From the NCBI GenBank assembly GCA_951406725.2, contig OX597825.1, positions 37,014,001 through 37,078,000 of the forward strand: 64,000 nt of DNA. Direction: 5' to 3'. Below are positions 12,353 through 24,990 of this stretch, piece after piece. The stretch's first letter is position 1. Every line of letters begins with the position of its first letter. The position numbers and the translations under genes are program-made. This DNA is from Octopus vulgaris (taxonomy: Eukaryota). The notes beneath the pieces are model-generated. The model saw only the letters and a program-made list of their open reading frames with translations. It searched no databases and had not been told where the DNA came from.

Positions 12353-13466
12353 CATGTGGAAGTTTGGTTGCGTTAATTATTGGTTGTTGCAAATTACTAT
12401 ATTACATATATATATACAGTCTTTGGTAACAGGGACATGTTAAGGACATAAAAAAGTTCAACAAGTTCCTTAAAATTCTCAAGAACATACTTAAGATAGT
12501 TTCCAGAAGGAATTGATACTGGTACTGTATCTGTATATTCAAACATGCACAGAATATTGGTTGACACAGAGTACTATAATCCATATAAATATACAGTCTT
12601 TAGTGACAACAGTATGTTGAGAATATAAAAAAGTTTAACAAGCTCATTGAAATAATGGTCAGAAAAGATTAAAACAAATATATTATACATCTCAGGGTAA
12701 TTTCCAGGAGGAATTATTAAAAAAAGTTCAGTATACACATACAGAATATTATGAGTTCAAAAAGATTTACATTATTATAGTGGTGAAGTTAAAACTAACC
12801 TGTCCGTTTTAGGAGAAATGTGGAATTGAAAAGAATGTACCCGTTTTTTTCTTTTTTTGTTTTTTTTGGCTCTCCTTCAAGCATCAACGATTTTGGGGTC
12901 AGGTTGAGGTGAGTGTGTGTGTCTTTGTGTGTATGTGTGTGTGCATACATACATATATGGTGTGAATAGATGTGTCTGTGTGTCTGTAAGATTTGGTAGG
13001 ATGGTGTCTGTTTGTCAACCGCGAGTGTGGTTGTCATGGTGTTGTGTGTGTATGTGTGTGTGTGTATGCATGTATGTGTGTGGATGGCATTTGATATGGT
13101 GCTGCGTGTGTATATGTGTGTCTGTATGGAGGTGAGATTGGTGTGAGTATGTGTGTCCCTGCGCGTGTGCATATATATGTATACACGTGTCTGTGTGTAT
13201 GGGGGGGCTGTTTTTGATTGGTTCCAGGGTGGTGTAAATAGATGTGTGTTGTTTAAAGAATTTTTGGGGGTAGGATGGTGTGTGTATATGTGTGCCCGCC
13301 CGTGTGCGCGTGTGTGCGTATGTGTGTGGTTAATGTCCATTAATGTGCTGCGCGTGCGCTAGTGTGCATGTGTCTGTTCGCATGCGTGTCCATGTCTGTT
13401 GGGTGTATCCATGTCTGTATCCATGCGTGTCCATGTCTGTTGGGTGTACCCCACAACTCCACTTTG

Positions 13467-13507
<41 letters not shown>

Positions 13508-13631
13508 TAGATAAACTTAGATATGTTTCGACCAATGACTGGTCCAGGCCATGTCTAACTTAATAACACCACCTGATAGGATTATTTGAATCCTGTTTAA
13601 GTCAAGTTTTGTTTATGGTCCATTCAAGTAG

Positions 13632-16400
13632 TTAGTTTTTGTTGGGTGAGTTGTATCCAATTATGGATGGCTTATCTGGTATTTCTTGAAGGAATCTATC
13701 CAGACTCCGTTTAAAGTTGATGGGATCCTGTTTCTCTTTGATCTCTTTCGGGACAATGTTAAATAGGACAGGGCCTGTTGAGGAAAAGAAATTATGTTGT
13801 AGTGTACATGTATGCTGTGATCTTGAATTGGGCAGGGGACGTATGGCCCGTGGTCCCAGTCTTGGAAGAACCTTGAAGCTAATGTTCAGGTCGTTTGGGC
13901 AAAGTTGGCGGTATATTCTCCACATCTTACAAATGATGTACCGCTCACGGTGACGCTGGAGAAAGTAGAGTTTCAAGGCTTTAAGGCGATCCCAATAATC
14001 GAAAGCAGCCATGCCTTCAATTCGTTTAGTGAGTGATCTCTGGGGTGATTGAATCCTCGAGATGTTTTGTCTTGTGTGAGGAGACCACAGTGGGCAGCAG
14101 TATTTGAGGTGTGGCCGTACAAAGGAGGAGAAAAGTGGTATGATGACACCTTGTTCTCTGGACCGGAAAGTTCTTAAGATCCAGGAACTCATCCTACGAG
14201 CTATATCGACCTCCTTGTTGATGTGTGCACTCCATCTGAGATCGTCATCAACAATTACACCCAGGTCTCTGATATTGTTAGAGGCTGTGAGCGTTTCCCC
14301 TGAAGGAAGAGAGTATGGCTGTTTTAGTGAGGAATTTCTTCCAAAATGCATCAGCTCAAATTTTCCCTCGTTCAGTTGCATTTTGTTTCTGTCTGCCCAT
14401 TGACTCACAGCATATAGATCAGACTGGAGTTGAGTTCGGTCTGTTTCTTCATTGACGATTTGCTGGAGCTTAGTGTCATCAGCAAATATTTTCTCTTTGC
14501 AGTAATGTACGACACTGGAAAGGTCGTTTTGTAGATTATGAAGAGTAGCGGACCCAAGACAGTCCCCTGGGGGACACCGCTGGTGACTTTTGCTGGGCTT
14601 GAGTGGACTCCATCAACTGCAACATGTTGTGTTCTATTCGCCAGGAAATACTTGATCCAGTGTAGAACTTTTCCACGGATTCCAACATTTGCCAATTTTG
14701 AGAGTAGGATATTATGGTCTACCCTGTCGAACGCTTTACTGAAGTCAAGGTATATGACATCAGAGTTCGAACCTGTTCCCAAGGCTTTGAGTACATCTTC
14801 AATGTGGTGTAAGAGCTGTGTTAGACAGTCCCTGCCACAGCGAAAGCCATGCTGATTTGCAATTAGGAGTTTGTGGGTCTCCAGGAAGTCAGCTATCCTT
14901 GATCTTAACACTCTTTCAAACACTTTGATGATGTGGGAGGTGAGTGAGATTGGGCGATAGTTGAGTGCGAGGGATCTGTTTCCCTGTTTGAAAATCGGGA
15001 TGACTGACTGGGATAGAAACTGTTTCGGTATATAACCTGCCTCTAACGAATTTCTCCAGAGGTTGGTCAGAGGGACTGCAAGTTGGTGTCTACATTCCTT
15101 CAGGAGACTAGCGGGGAATCTATCAGGGCCTACAGCAGAGTTGTATTTGACCTCATTTATTGCTGCTATGATGTCAGTGGCAGTGAAGGTTATGTCTGAG
15201 ATTTTTTGTAGAGAGTCAATTTCGTTCGCTTCTCTTACGTCAATATCAGTGGGAACACTAAAGATAGAGCAGTATTGTTTCTGCAGTATTTCTGCCATTT
15301 CTTTAGCATCGTGTTGGGGAATGCCGTTATCATCAATCAATGGCCCAATGGGTGAGACAGTGGTTCTATGCTTATTTGCATAAGAATAGAACACTTTTGG
15401 GTTCTGTTTGATGTTTTTGATTACCCACTGTTCCTCCACAGCTCTTTGATTTTCAATGGAGGTTTTTATGTCGTTCTGCAGATAAAGTTTTTCCAGCTCT
15501 AGCCTTTTCATTGCTGTTGAATGTGGATGTTGTATGTGGGAATATTTTAATTGGTTGATTTTTTTGTTGAGTCTTTTGATGCGCCTGATGAGTGTTTTTT
15601 TTTCTTTTTAGGGAGCCGGTTTCTGTTTGTGTTAGTAGATTTCGTGGGAGCGTGTTTAGAGCATGTATAGGTGACAATGTTTTCAAAGTGCTGCCATGCG
15701 GTCTCAATATGGGTGGAATTGAGAGTAAAAGACCAGTCGATGAAAGACAGATCCTTTCTGATTGCTCCCCAGTCCGCTTTGTGGATGTTTATGTTGTCAA
15801 ATGAGTGCCATGGAGTGGGATTGGTTGGTTTGGTTTTTATATGTTGGGAATTAAAATTGCAGAGTACCATGTCGTGGTCTGAGTGGAGAGATTTTTCAAC
15901 TGAAATACTGTGAACGAAGCTAGAGTGATTGGTCAATACCAGATCCAAGATCGTTTTATTCTGTCTCGTTGGTTCGAGCACTTGCTGAGGCACTCTTCAA
16001 AGCACTTTAGAGGTGCTTGGGGAGGCATGTAAAGACCAACAATGATTATGTCTTTGGTCTTGCTGAATAGTGATACAAATTCACAATAGCCATTGGAAAA
16101 TATGTCCTTGACATCAAGTGAAAAGGAGTCATGAATAAAGATGGCTGCCCCCCCCCTTATTTCGGTCTGTGCGATCCGCACGAACAATGGTGAAATCTTT
16201 TATTTTCACCTCGGCGCCCATATGGGTGTTGTTCAGGTGAGTCTCGGTAAGGATATAGAAAGGGAAGCAATGTGCTGTTTCGGCAAGCCAACTCTCTATA
16301 TATGGGATCTTCCATTTTTGGGCAATAATTGATGGGTTGATGCCACGTACATTTAACAGGAATGTCGAGGTAAGGGAAGTTTGATGTTTGCATTGTTCTA
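13632..16400 (-). pseudogene. LINE ORF2 (APE endonuclease-reverse transcriptase), broken into at least five frames
   Basis: ORF-track segments 16129-16641, 15933-16187, 15547-15993, 14405-15511 and 13632-14408 concatenate into EN-RT. Confidence 0.9.
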
Positions 16401-16746
16401 AGTTGTGTTTTATGTTGTTCAGTGGTAACAATGTGGGTAGTTCTTGTATGGAGCTGTGTGTGTGTGTGTGATTTTCTTGTTGGTAGTGGGTGTGTGGTCC
16501 TTGTGATTTGCATGGGTGGTTGCTGATAGCTCGTTGGATCTCCTGGCTTAGGTGGGCCTTCATATTTTCTAGGTAGGTCAGTAAAAAAGAGTTACCTCTT
16601 TGGTTTGCCACTTGGTCAGACGATACATATTTCATGTTCATGTTATTTGGTGTTATGGTATTTTCATGGTTTTGTCTTCGTTGTTTGATTGTAGGAGGGG
16701 AAACGTGGTTGTATTTTGTTTTTATTGTTGTCGAAGATCACCTCTG

Positions 16747-17601
16747 TTACTGTTTATATTTATTTTGCGATCGTTTTGTACCCTTCAGATGGTGGTGGTT
16801 GCATTCCGGGTTCAGGCACATCCTTCGTGACACAGAAGTTTGGCACAGTTTAGGATGGAAGAAGGTGCATTCATTGCCTTTTGTGCATCCATATTTGGGA
16901 TCAGGACCTTGGACTCTGTATTTAGAACAGTATTTGGGGTGGAGGTGAGGGCAGTTTTTTCCTGTTATACCATATGGACAGGTGCCCTTAACAAGTCTAC
17001 GACATAAGGTAGGATGGAAAAAAGCACAGCGTCCCTTGTTATTGGTGCCACTGGGGCCAAATCTACAGTTGCCTTGAGAATAGTAACGGCAGGGTGTTTG
17101 ATATGGGTGTAGTGGTGATTTTTCTATTCTGGCTGTAGTAGCAGTAGCAGAGTGTTGTTGTTGCTGTAGCAGCAGTGAAACTTGACTTGCAACAGCAGGG
17201 CTAGGTGGAATCGGGTCAGGTACTGTAGTAGCAGAAGCAGACTGCTGCTGTTGTGATAATGAGTCCTGTGGAATGGGTGGAATGAGGTCAGATGTTTGTT
17301 GCTGGTTATCGGGTCGTTGAAGTGACCCCTGACCTGTTGGAGTTGGGTCATTTGGTGCACTACATTCATTGACAAGGATGGCTTCTAGTGTTGCCGTGTG
17401 CGTGTGGAAAATAGGAAATATTCTTACAATTACTTTTATTTTATTTTCGATCTGTTTTACAGATCTGTGAAAGGATTGTTTTGCTAATTTTTCAGCTATT
17501 TTACTGTAAACATTAGCTTCATTGTGGTGAGTGCACCAAGCGTTTATCATTGCAGTGATTTCATTTTCAACCCAGTTGCGTTTTTGAATATTATTGGCCA
17601 T
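16747..17601 (-). CDS. LINE ORF1: N-terminal trihelix Myb/SANT-like domain, Q/P-rich linker, tandem CCCH zinc fingers
   Basis: RNWVENEITAMINAW...VYSKIAEKL....FHRSVKQIENKIK; CRYYSQGNC..CAFFHP, CRRLVKGTC..CPHLHP, CTKGNECTFFHP, CLNPECNHHH. Confidence 0.75.
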   Translation of the reverse strand: MANNIQKRNWVENEITAMINAWCTHHNEANVYSKIAEKLAKQSFHRSVKQIENKIKVIVRIFPIFHTHTATLEAILVNECSAPNDPTPTGQGSLQRPDNQQQTSDLIPPIPQDSLSQQQQSASATTVPDPIPPSPAVASQVSLLLQQQQHSATATTARIEKSPLHPYQTPCRYYSQGNCRFGPSGTNNKGRCAFFHPTLCRRLVKGTCPYGITGKNCPHLHPKYCSKYRVQGPDPKYGCTKGNECTFFHPKLCQTSVSRRMCLNPECNHHHLKGTKRSQNKYKQ

Positions 17602-17637
17602 ATTCAGTGGGGCAGTATAATACACTATATATATATA

Positions 17638-17905
17638 TGGAGGCACATGTCCTAGTGGTTAGAGCAGTGGACTCGCGGTCGAGGGATCGCAGATTCGAGC
17701 TCAGACCGGGTGATGTGTGTGCTTATGAGCGAAACATAAGCTGAACGCTGCTCCGGCAGAAGGTAATGGTGAACTTCTGCTGTCTCTTTTGCCACAACTT
17801 TCTTCCTGCCTCTCGCAGCTCACCTGCGACGGATCGGCGTCCCGTCCAGGTGGGGGACCTGTACCGGCCCTTATGAGCCAGGCATGGCTCAATAAGGAAC
17901 AAACA
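17638..17905 (+). mobile_element. tRNA-derived SINE with Meta-like domain
   Basis: Head CTAGTGGTTAGAGCAGTGGACTCGCGGTC (same head type as the 8.5-kb SINE); CCTGCGACGGATCGGCGTCCCGTCCAGG. Confidence 0.65.
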
Positions 17906-17908
17906 ACT

Positions 17909-17936
<28 letters not shown>

Positions 17937-17944
<8 letters not shown>

Positions 17945-18527
17945 TTATCAATACTTCATAAAAAACCCCAAATTAAAGGAAATTCTAAACATACACCAAA
18001 TCATTAAAAGCTACAAACAGCCTAAATCACTCAAAAAGATTCTCACAAAGGCAAAATTGTCTTCTGAAATTACGGATGCAAAAGTAAAAAAATGTGGTAG
18101 ATCGAACTGTGCAACATGTCCTAACCTGCTAGAAGGATCAGAATTCCTCTTTAAAGAGGGACAGAAATTCAAGATCGAATCTAACTTTACTTGTGCCTCT
18201 GAAAACATAATTTATGTCATAAAATGCTCGGGCTGCCACCAAGACTACGTGGGTTCCACGGGACTATCACTCAGACGTAGATGCACACTGCATCGACAAC
18301 AGATTGCATTCCCAGAATATAGAATGATATATTTTTGTGAGCACATTGAGAAATGCGCAAAGCAACTACTACCACAATTTTTAATCTTTCCATTTTACCA
18401 ATGTGCTTTCGGATCATCAACACAAATTAGACTAAACAAGGAAACATTCTTCATTGAAAAGTACAAGCCCAGACTCAACCATCCTAACATACTGATACAG
18501 AGACACAAAGGGTTCGTTACTAATTGA
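17937..18527 (+). pseudogene. PLE (Neptune-like) C-terminal Cys linker plus GIY-YIG endonuclease, 5'-truncated
   Basis: KCGRSNCATC...CASENIIYVIKCSGCHQDYVGSTGLSLRRRCTLHRQQI...ETFFIEKYKPRLN. Confidence 0.85.
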
Positions 18528-18981
18528 GGTAGAAAATTCGTTTTGTGATCATGGGCTTGCTAACTGCTAAATGAAAAGCATACATAAACTGACCCTTTTC
18601 TGACACAACTAGAACCATTTAAAGGGAGATAATTCCGTCTCTCGCAAAAGGGAGTTTCGCTTCGAAGAATTTCATTTCAGGGAGTTTTATTTACCACCAG
18701 GCTGACCAACATTGTATTATGTGCCTCAGGCCAGTGGATCCGCGGGCTGGCTATATCGCTAATAATAATAATAGACGTTCAATGAATGGTAATTTTATGA
18801 CGCGGCATAACCAACGATTTCATAAAATATTGCACAAAAAAATCATAATGACTGATACACACGCACACACACACACGTTCGCACGCACGCTCGCACACAC
18901 ATAAGCACGCATATGCGCTCACACATAAACACACGCGTATGCTTAATACATACATATATATATATATATATGTTTAAGCAC

Positions 18982-19143
18982 AGGCGTGGTTCTATGGTGA
19001 GATCTTTGGTTCCTATCCACAAGGTTCCGAGTTCATTCCCATTACGTAGCACCGTAAGTGAGTGTCTTCTATTATAGGTCCGGATCTACCAAAACCTAGT
19101 GAGTGAATGGACTTGCTAAACGGAATCTGAAAGAGTCCCGTCG
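18982..19143 (+). mobile_element. 5' half of an OR-type cephalopod SINE (3' half at ~21190-21310)
   Basis: Similar to 35705-36120 and 60467-60980: GGTTCCGAGTTCATTCCC...GTGTCTTCTATTATAG. Confidence 0.6.
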
Positions 19144-19440
19144 TACATACATACATACATACATACATGCATACATACGTACATATACATACATACATAC
19201 ATACATTCATACATACATGCATACATGCATACATGCATACATGCATACATACATACATACATACATACATACATACACACATACGTACGTACATACATAC
19301 ATACATACATACATGCATACATGCATACATACATACATACATATATACATACATACATACATAATACATACACACACGCATACACACATACGTACGTTCA
19401 TACATACATACATACATACATACATACATACATACATACA

Positions 19441-20690
19441 TACATAGGGGTCGATGAAAATATATCTTACAATGGCACCTGTAACAAAACATGTATCACT
19501 AAAGAATATTATAGCCGAATAAAGAAAATTTGGACCTCAGAACTCTCTGCGTTCAATAAAACAGTGGCCCAAAATGTATTTGCAGTGCCAGTAATCATAC
19601 CAGCGTTTTGGCTGCTTGATTGGACGGTTGATGAGATCCGAGCCATTGATGTGAAACCCTTAAAAATACTAACAAGCACACATAGTTTCCACATAAACAG
19701 AGACGTAGACCGCCTCGACCTAAAACGATCACAAGGCGGCATCGATCGAAGATTCCTTCGAATGTCGCATCATATCCCTTCGGCAACATCTTTTAACCAC
19801 AGAGTGTCAAAGTGCATCCCTTGACCAAGTTTGCATACATGAGGCCGATAGGATGCCCAAAGAAATCGCACGACACTACCGCAACATATCATCAGATGAA
19901 AGGATGAGTCTGTATGAGCAGAAGATTATGCATGGATATGTTAGTAGAAAGCTTTGTGATGATAGTAACATCGATCATCAAAGCAGTTTATCATGGACGA
20001 ATAACCGGATTACCCCATTCCACTTTTAAGGGTATGCATTTGCAATACAGGAACAGGAAATATCAACTGATGCACAGAAGGGATAGAGATGCAGGAAAAG
20101 CCGTAAAATGTGACAAATGATGCAGACTGTGTGGAGTTCACGCCGACGGTATCATCCGCATGATAAACAGTTGTCTGAAAATGTCATCACGGTATAATCT
20201 GCTGATGAGACATGACGTTATAGCTAGGACACTCTATAATGAAATCTGTCAGAAGGATAATCCCGAGGACAAAGAAATAAAAACATAGTAGAAGCCATTG
20301 CCACTCATAATAAAAAGGAATACTGTTGGAATGTATCAGAGAAGACCTTAATAAAATCTAAGCACAATCTGACATAATGATTTGAGATTGAGAAGAGAAA
20401 CTGTGCACAGTTGTGGAAATTAACTACCCAGCGTATGTTAACGTAAAGCTGGAGATTAGTGAAAAAAGAACACTTATACTGAACTAGTGAGAAATCTGCA
20501 GTTGTTCTTTCTAGATTACACCTGTAACTATTGGGGCCCTGAGATATATAACACACTGACTAAATACCAATCTTGAGAAATTAGGCTTCTCAAAGCCAGG
20601 AAGGAGAAAGCTAATTCGAAGACTACAGATCCATTTCATCACTGGAGCAGTACAAATCTGTAAAACTTTCCAGAAGGTTATCATTTAAAT
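19441..20690 (+). mobile_element. 5'-truncated R4/Dong-clade non-LTR element between (TACA)n arrays
   Basis: YIGVDENI..KEYYSRIKKIWTSELSAFNKTVAQNVFAVPVI...DVDRL; knuckle CRLC...SC....RHDVIA at ~20120-20225. Confidence 0.8.
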
Positions 20691-20983
20691 ATATATGAGC
20701 ATGTCTAGATATGTAACTATATGCATGAGGATACATACATATAACGTACAAATCTGCACATACATACATACATACATACATACATACATACATACATACA
20801 TACATACATACATACATACATACATGCATACATACATACATGCATGCATACATACATACACACACATACATAATACGTACATACATACATACATACATAC
20901 ATACATACACATACATACATACACATACATACATACATACACATACATACATACATACATGCATACATACATACATACATACA

Positions 20984-21017
<34 letters not shown>

Positions 21018-21130
21018 AATACATACAAGCAAAATATCCTCTTGTTGATGTTGAAATTCCACTGAAGGAACTATTTACCTACCTACCTACCTACCTACCT
21101 ACCTACCTACCTACCTACCTACCTACCTAC

Positions 21131-21182
<52 letters not shown>

Positions 21183-21319
21183 TAATAAAGTGTTTGTTTT
21201 CCGCCATTGCTCGACAAATGCTGTTTACCTCCCCGTAACTTAGCTGTGCGGTAAAAGCAACCAACGAAATAAGTAGTTTGCTTTAAAGATAATTACCGAT
21301 GTGGATTCGCTCATCGTTG

Positions 21320-23070
21320 TATGTCCATTGAATAAGGTAGGTCACCAAAGCATCGTTTCCAAATTTTCACCAGATAATTTTGAAAGTTGATATAGAACTC
21401 TGTTTTGGCATGTTCATACATTTGTACCTCTGTATATGCTATAACTAAGCTGGTGTATTTTAGGGGTAACCGTCTTACCCATCGCAATTCCAGATATTTG
21501 GTTGTACGTATTTTTCTCGAAACTTAAGTAGCTTTGAAGGGTGAATTTCAGTCCTTCTGAGATGAATTTTTGATAAATTCGGTCTAGAATTTCATCAGGG
21601 AATTTTGTTTGTCAAAAAGATATTGTCTCTAGTTTGTACCCGTGTAGGATGGTGGTATAAAGATTTATTAAATCAAATAAAAGGACTATGGTATCCCTGT
21701 TAACTTTTTGCAAGAGATTGTTTAATAGGTCCAGGCCATCCTTATAAAACTAGGTGTCAATTTTAAGAGCGGTTTCAAGAGTATGTCAAGGAAGTTGCTA
21801 AGCCCGTGAGTTTCACAAGTTGGTTCTGCTGCAATCGGTTTTAATTTGTGATCCTTCAGAAAGCGTATATTTGTGCTGACTGAGAGTGATTCGTTGCAAG
21901 TATCATTAATTATTTTAATTTTGTGGATTTTGGGATGAAACTGGTTTTGGCCGTAGAAGGAACTAATTTTGGCTATAGGATTAGATAATCTTAAGCCTTT
22001 TTCGTGTTGGTTTAAGAGAATGTTATTCTGGTTGTGTTTCTAATTCTGTGGTCATATCTCCGTTTCCTTCTATTTTCTGGAATAATTGTTACCATTTGTA
22101 TTTCTGTATAGAGGCTGTTCATGTCTAAGTTAGATTCTCCTGTGTTAATTAGAGTTTCTTTGTGTGTATTGAAATATCCGGTTTTGAAAGGTATTCTGAT
22201 ATGGAGGAGAGGAATTAAAGAATCTCCTAGTGGGTTTATTTTGTTGATTGAAGAGCCTGAAATTGGGGTTGTGTCTTACAAATCTTTGGTGGGTATAATT
22301 CTTAATTTTCGATGCTTGTTTGATCGTTTGTGAATAAAACTGGTCTGCTTCAATTTTCCACAGAAATAAATTAGCATTATTTTCTGTTTGAAGATCTTTT
22401 TCGTATCTAATAAGCCGGACGGCGTTCCTTTCCCAACGTCAAAGCGATATCGATTCTTCACTTAAACATTGTTCTCTCCAGAGTTTAACAGTGTTTTCAA
22501 AAAGAATGCCTTCGGACATTTTCGAAATTTACATTTCTATATGTTCGTCAACAAATTTGACATTTTCTTTATTTATGCCGGCTCTAAGATGCAATAGTTG
22601 AATTTCCATTTATTATTTTTCGACAACCATCCTTCCTCTGAGTTTCATTCGTTCTTCCGGTTCATTTTTGAGTGATTTTGTTTAAAATGTTTGGGGAAGA
22701 ATCACTGGAGCTGAATTTAATCAATTTTCATATATATTTGCTTTGAAATTGTTCCTTAACAAATACCTGAACCCAGATTTTTGGGTTGTGAGGTTCTCAT
22801 TCAAGATATGATTTAAACTGTGTTTGATCGAGTATATTTGCTGATCTAGATCGGTAATGTTGATTCCTTGGTTTGAGTTTAAATTTTGTTCCGTGTTCTG
22901 TAAAGTTGCAGTCTATCTTATGTTACATATTTGGTTAGAGTCTAGATAATCTCTGCCTGCTCGCTATTTGGGTAACACCAGTTACCCAAATTTCTTTTGT
23001 ATAACTCTGAAATGCTTCGAATTTTTTCAGCCAGGATAGAGAGAGTTTACAAGAGATCTCTAGTTGTGTG
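21320..23070 (-). mobile_element. Decayed PLE N-terminal/RT region
   Basis: Minus-strand PKIHK and KPIAAEPTCETHGLSNFLDILLKP near 21780-21935. Confidence 0.65.
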
Positions 23071-23587
23071 AGGATATCATACATACATGCATACATACAT
23101 ACATATATACATACATGAGGGACAGTGCGCATTATATACTATTTGTGTTAAAAAAAACCTAAAACTTAATGTTTACACTTGATCCACCCGAAGAAAACAA
23201 TTACATGATGTAATTGTTTTGTTCATCAATAAAGAGCGTCTCTGAAACAGTTTTAGTGAAACTCAGCCAACCTGTATTATTATTTATATATACATATATA
23301 TATGGATATATCGTAAACCCATCTTTTGTAAGCGACAGGCGAGGGCACCGTAATATCTTGCTGAACAGCATGTACAGGTGATTAGTTTATATAGTGATCA
23401 CATTAGCTCGCTCCCTCCTTAAATCAACCTTGCTTTTTTGGTGCATGGTGTGCTACACATCAGATGTCTAAGTGATATCAGAGCAACGAGAAACGAAATA
23501 TTGCTCAAGAACAAAACGCAACATCCGGGCTGGGAATCGAAAATAATGCACGAAACACCACTAACCACTAAGCTATGCATCCAAACA

Positions 23588-23674
<87 letters not shown>

Positions 23675-23981
23675 ACAGGTAGACAGATACACAGTTTTTC
23701 TCAAAAAAAGAAATATAAACGAGTAATAACTGGTGCGTATGATCATTGGCTTTACTAATATGACTCTTCTGTAATATATACGCATACATACATACATACA
23801 TACATACATACATACATACATACATACATACATACATGCATGCATGCATGCATACATACATACATACATACATACATACATACATACATACATACATACA
23901 TACATGCATGCATGCATACATACATACATACATATATATAAATAATAAAGGTGGCTAAACGCAATATAAAACCACTAACAG

Positions 23982-24459
23982 TGACTGAAGGTGCATTGTA
24001 GTACCTATATTGTTAAAAACAAGAGTCAAAGACCATTACAGCCACAAGCATAGCACAGGTATATGTAATGACAGGGGAGTTAACCGCTCCACAGCAAGCG
24101 AGAGTACTAAATTGGTAAGCCGATTTCGCTTGAAATTATAGCTCATCAGTAGTACTACTCCATTGTTCATAGCCAAGTCAAATCCAACCTGTCAGTATAG
24201 AGAGATTACAAAGAGAATCAATGGGTGAATTAGCAAAATGGTAATGTGAAAACTATAAAATAATCAAGGCGGCTTTGACTTAACAATAAGCGATGGCGCA
24301 ATAACCTTTAATTTCAAGCGAAATTGGCTTACCAATTCAGTATGCTCTCTCGCTGAGTGGCGGTTCTCCTGACAGTATATAGACTTGTGCTATGTTTGTG
24401 GTTATAAGGGTCATTGACTCTTATTTCAAGCAATGTAGTGCTATAACTCATTTTCAGTC
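23982..24459. repeat. Diverged ~150-bp inverted repeat containing a minus-strand hammerhead core
   Basis: 24000-24140 inverts 24308-24445; minus-strand CTGATGA-GCT..AGC-GAAA at 24149-24124. Confidence 0.6.
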
Positions 24460-24500
24460 AATACACACACGTGCGCGCGCGCGTGCACTGTCTTTGAAGA

Positions 24501-24569
24501 CTCATATTGGCATTGAATGCTCGAAATGAGGAGTTGATAGACAGACGACAGCTGATGAAGGGTCCATTC
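24501..24569 (+). ncRNA. Non-circularly permuted hammerhead candidate, family 2 copy A
   Basis: CTCAUA 24501-24506, GAAATGAG 24523-24530, CUGAUGA 24552-24558; stem II GAATGCTC/GGGTCCATTC. Confidence 0.55.
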
Positions 24570-24699
24570 TCTGTGTTTACTTGCCCTGTTTTCCATATTT
24601 CCTCGTTGCTTATGTATTTAACCCATTTGTTTATGTATTTCATAACGTTTGAACCGTTGGTGATGTCCTGTGTCCATACATGCATGTGTAAATATATAT

Positions 24700-24990
24700 A
24701 GGTTATGAGAGGTAATAGTGTCAATGAGACCCAAAGGTGTCAGGTAATGCAGAATAAGTGCTATCGATAGACCATAGTTAAGTTCCAGGTTCGGTGATTT
24801 TGCGAATAAGCGGTCCACCTTAGATCATATATCAGCGTGTGTATATAATTTTTTTTCCGTAATGAGATAAAAAAACCGAAGGATCTGTAGATTGTAGAAC
24901 ATTTATAAATAGAAGGTCCTTCTACTTATAAATGTTCTAAAATCTACACAGCCTTGGAGTTTTTGTTATCTCATTACGGAAAAAATATTT
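24700..24990 (-). mobile_element. PLE pseudo-LTR (same family as 29580-29850) with foldback centred at 24917
   Basis: Reverse complement of 29630-29845; arms 24848-24916 and 24918-24990. Confidence 0.7.

Larger units (their letters stand above)
13501..17626 (-). mobile_element. Near full-length CR1-group LINE (ORF1, APE endonuclease, RT), frameshifted, flanked by (TA)n
   Basis: EN motifs LNVRG, LTETHL, GGAAIFI, LDLVLTN, SDH; RT motifs NYRPISLTS, QHGF, YLDFSKAFD, GVPQGTVLGPLLF, FADD; 3' tail (TCTAAGTTTA)2. Confidence 0.95.

Noticed and set aside
12410-12760. ~175-bp diverged tandem unit, and short repeats at 13370-13450
   Set aside because: Only two diverged copies, no repeat-spacer regularity; not CRISPR-like, probably part of a retroelement end.
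18720-18770. GC-rich segment 3' of the GIY-YIG ORF as a possible HDV-like ribozyme
   Set aside because: Could not build the P1/P1.1/P2/P3 nested double pseudoknot.
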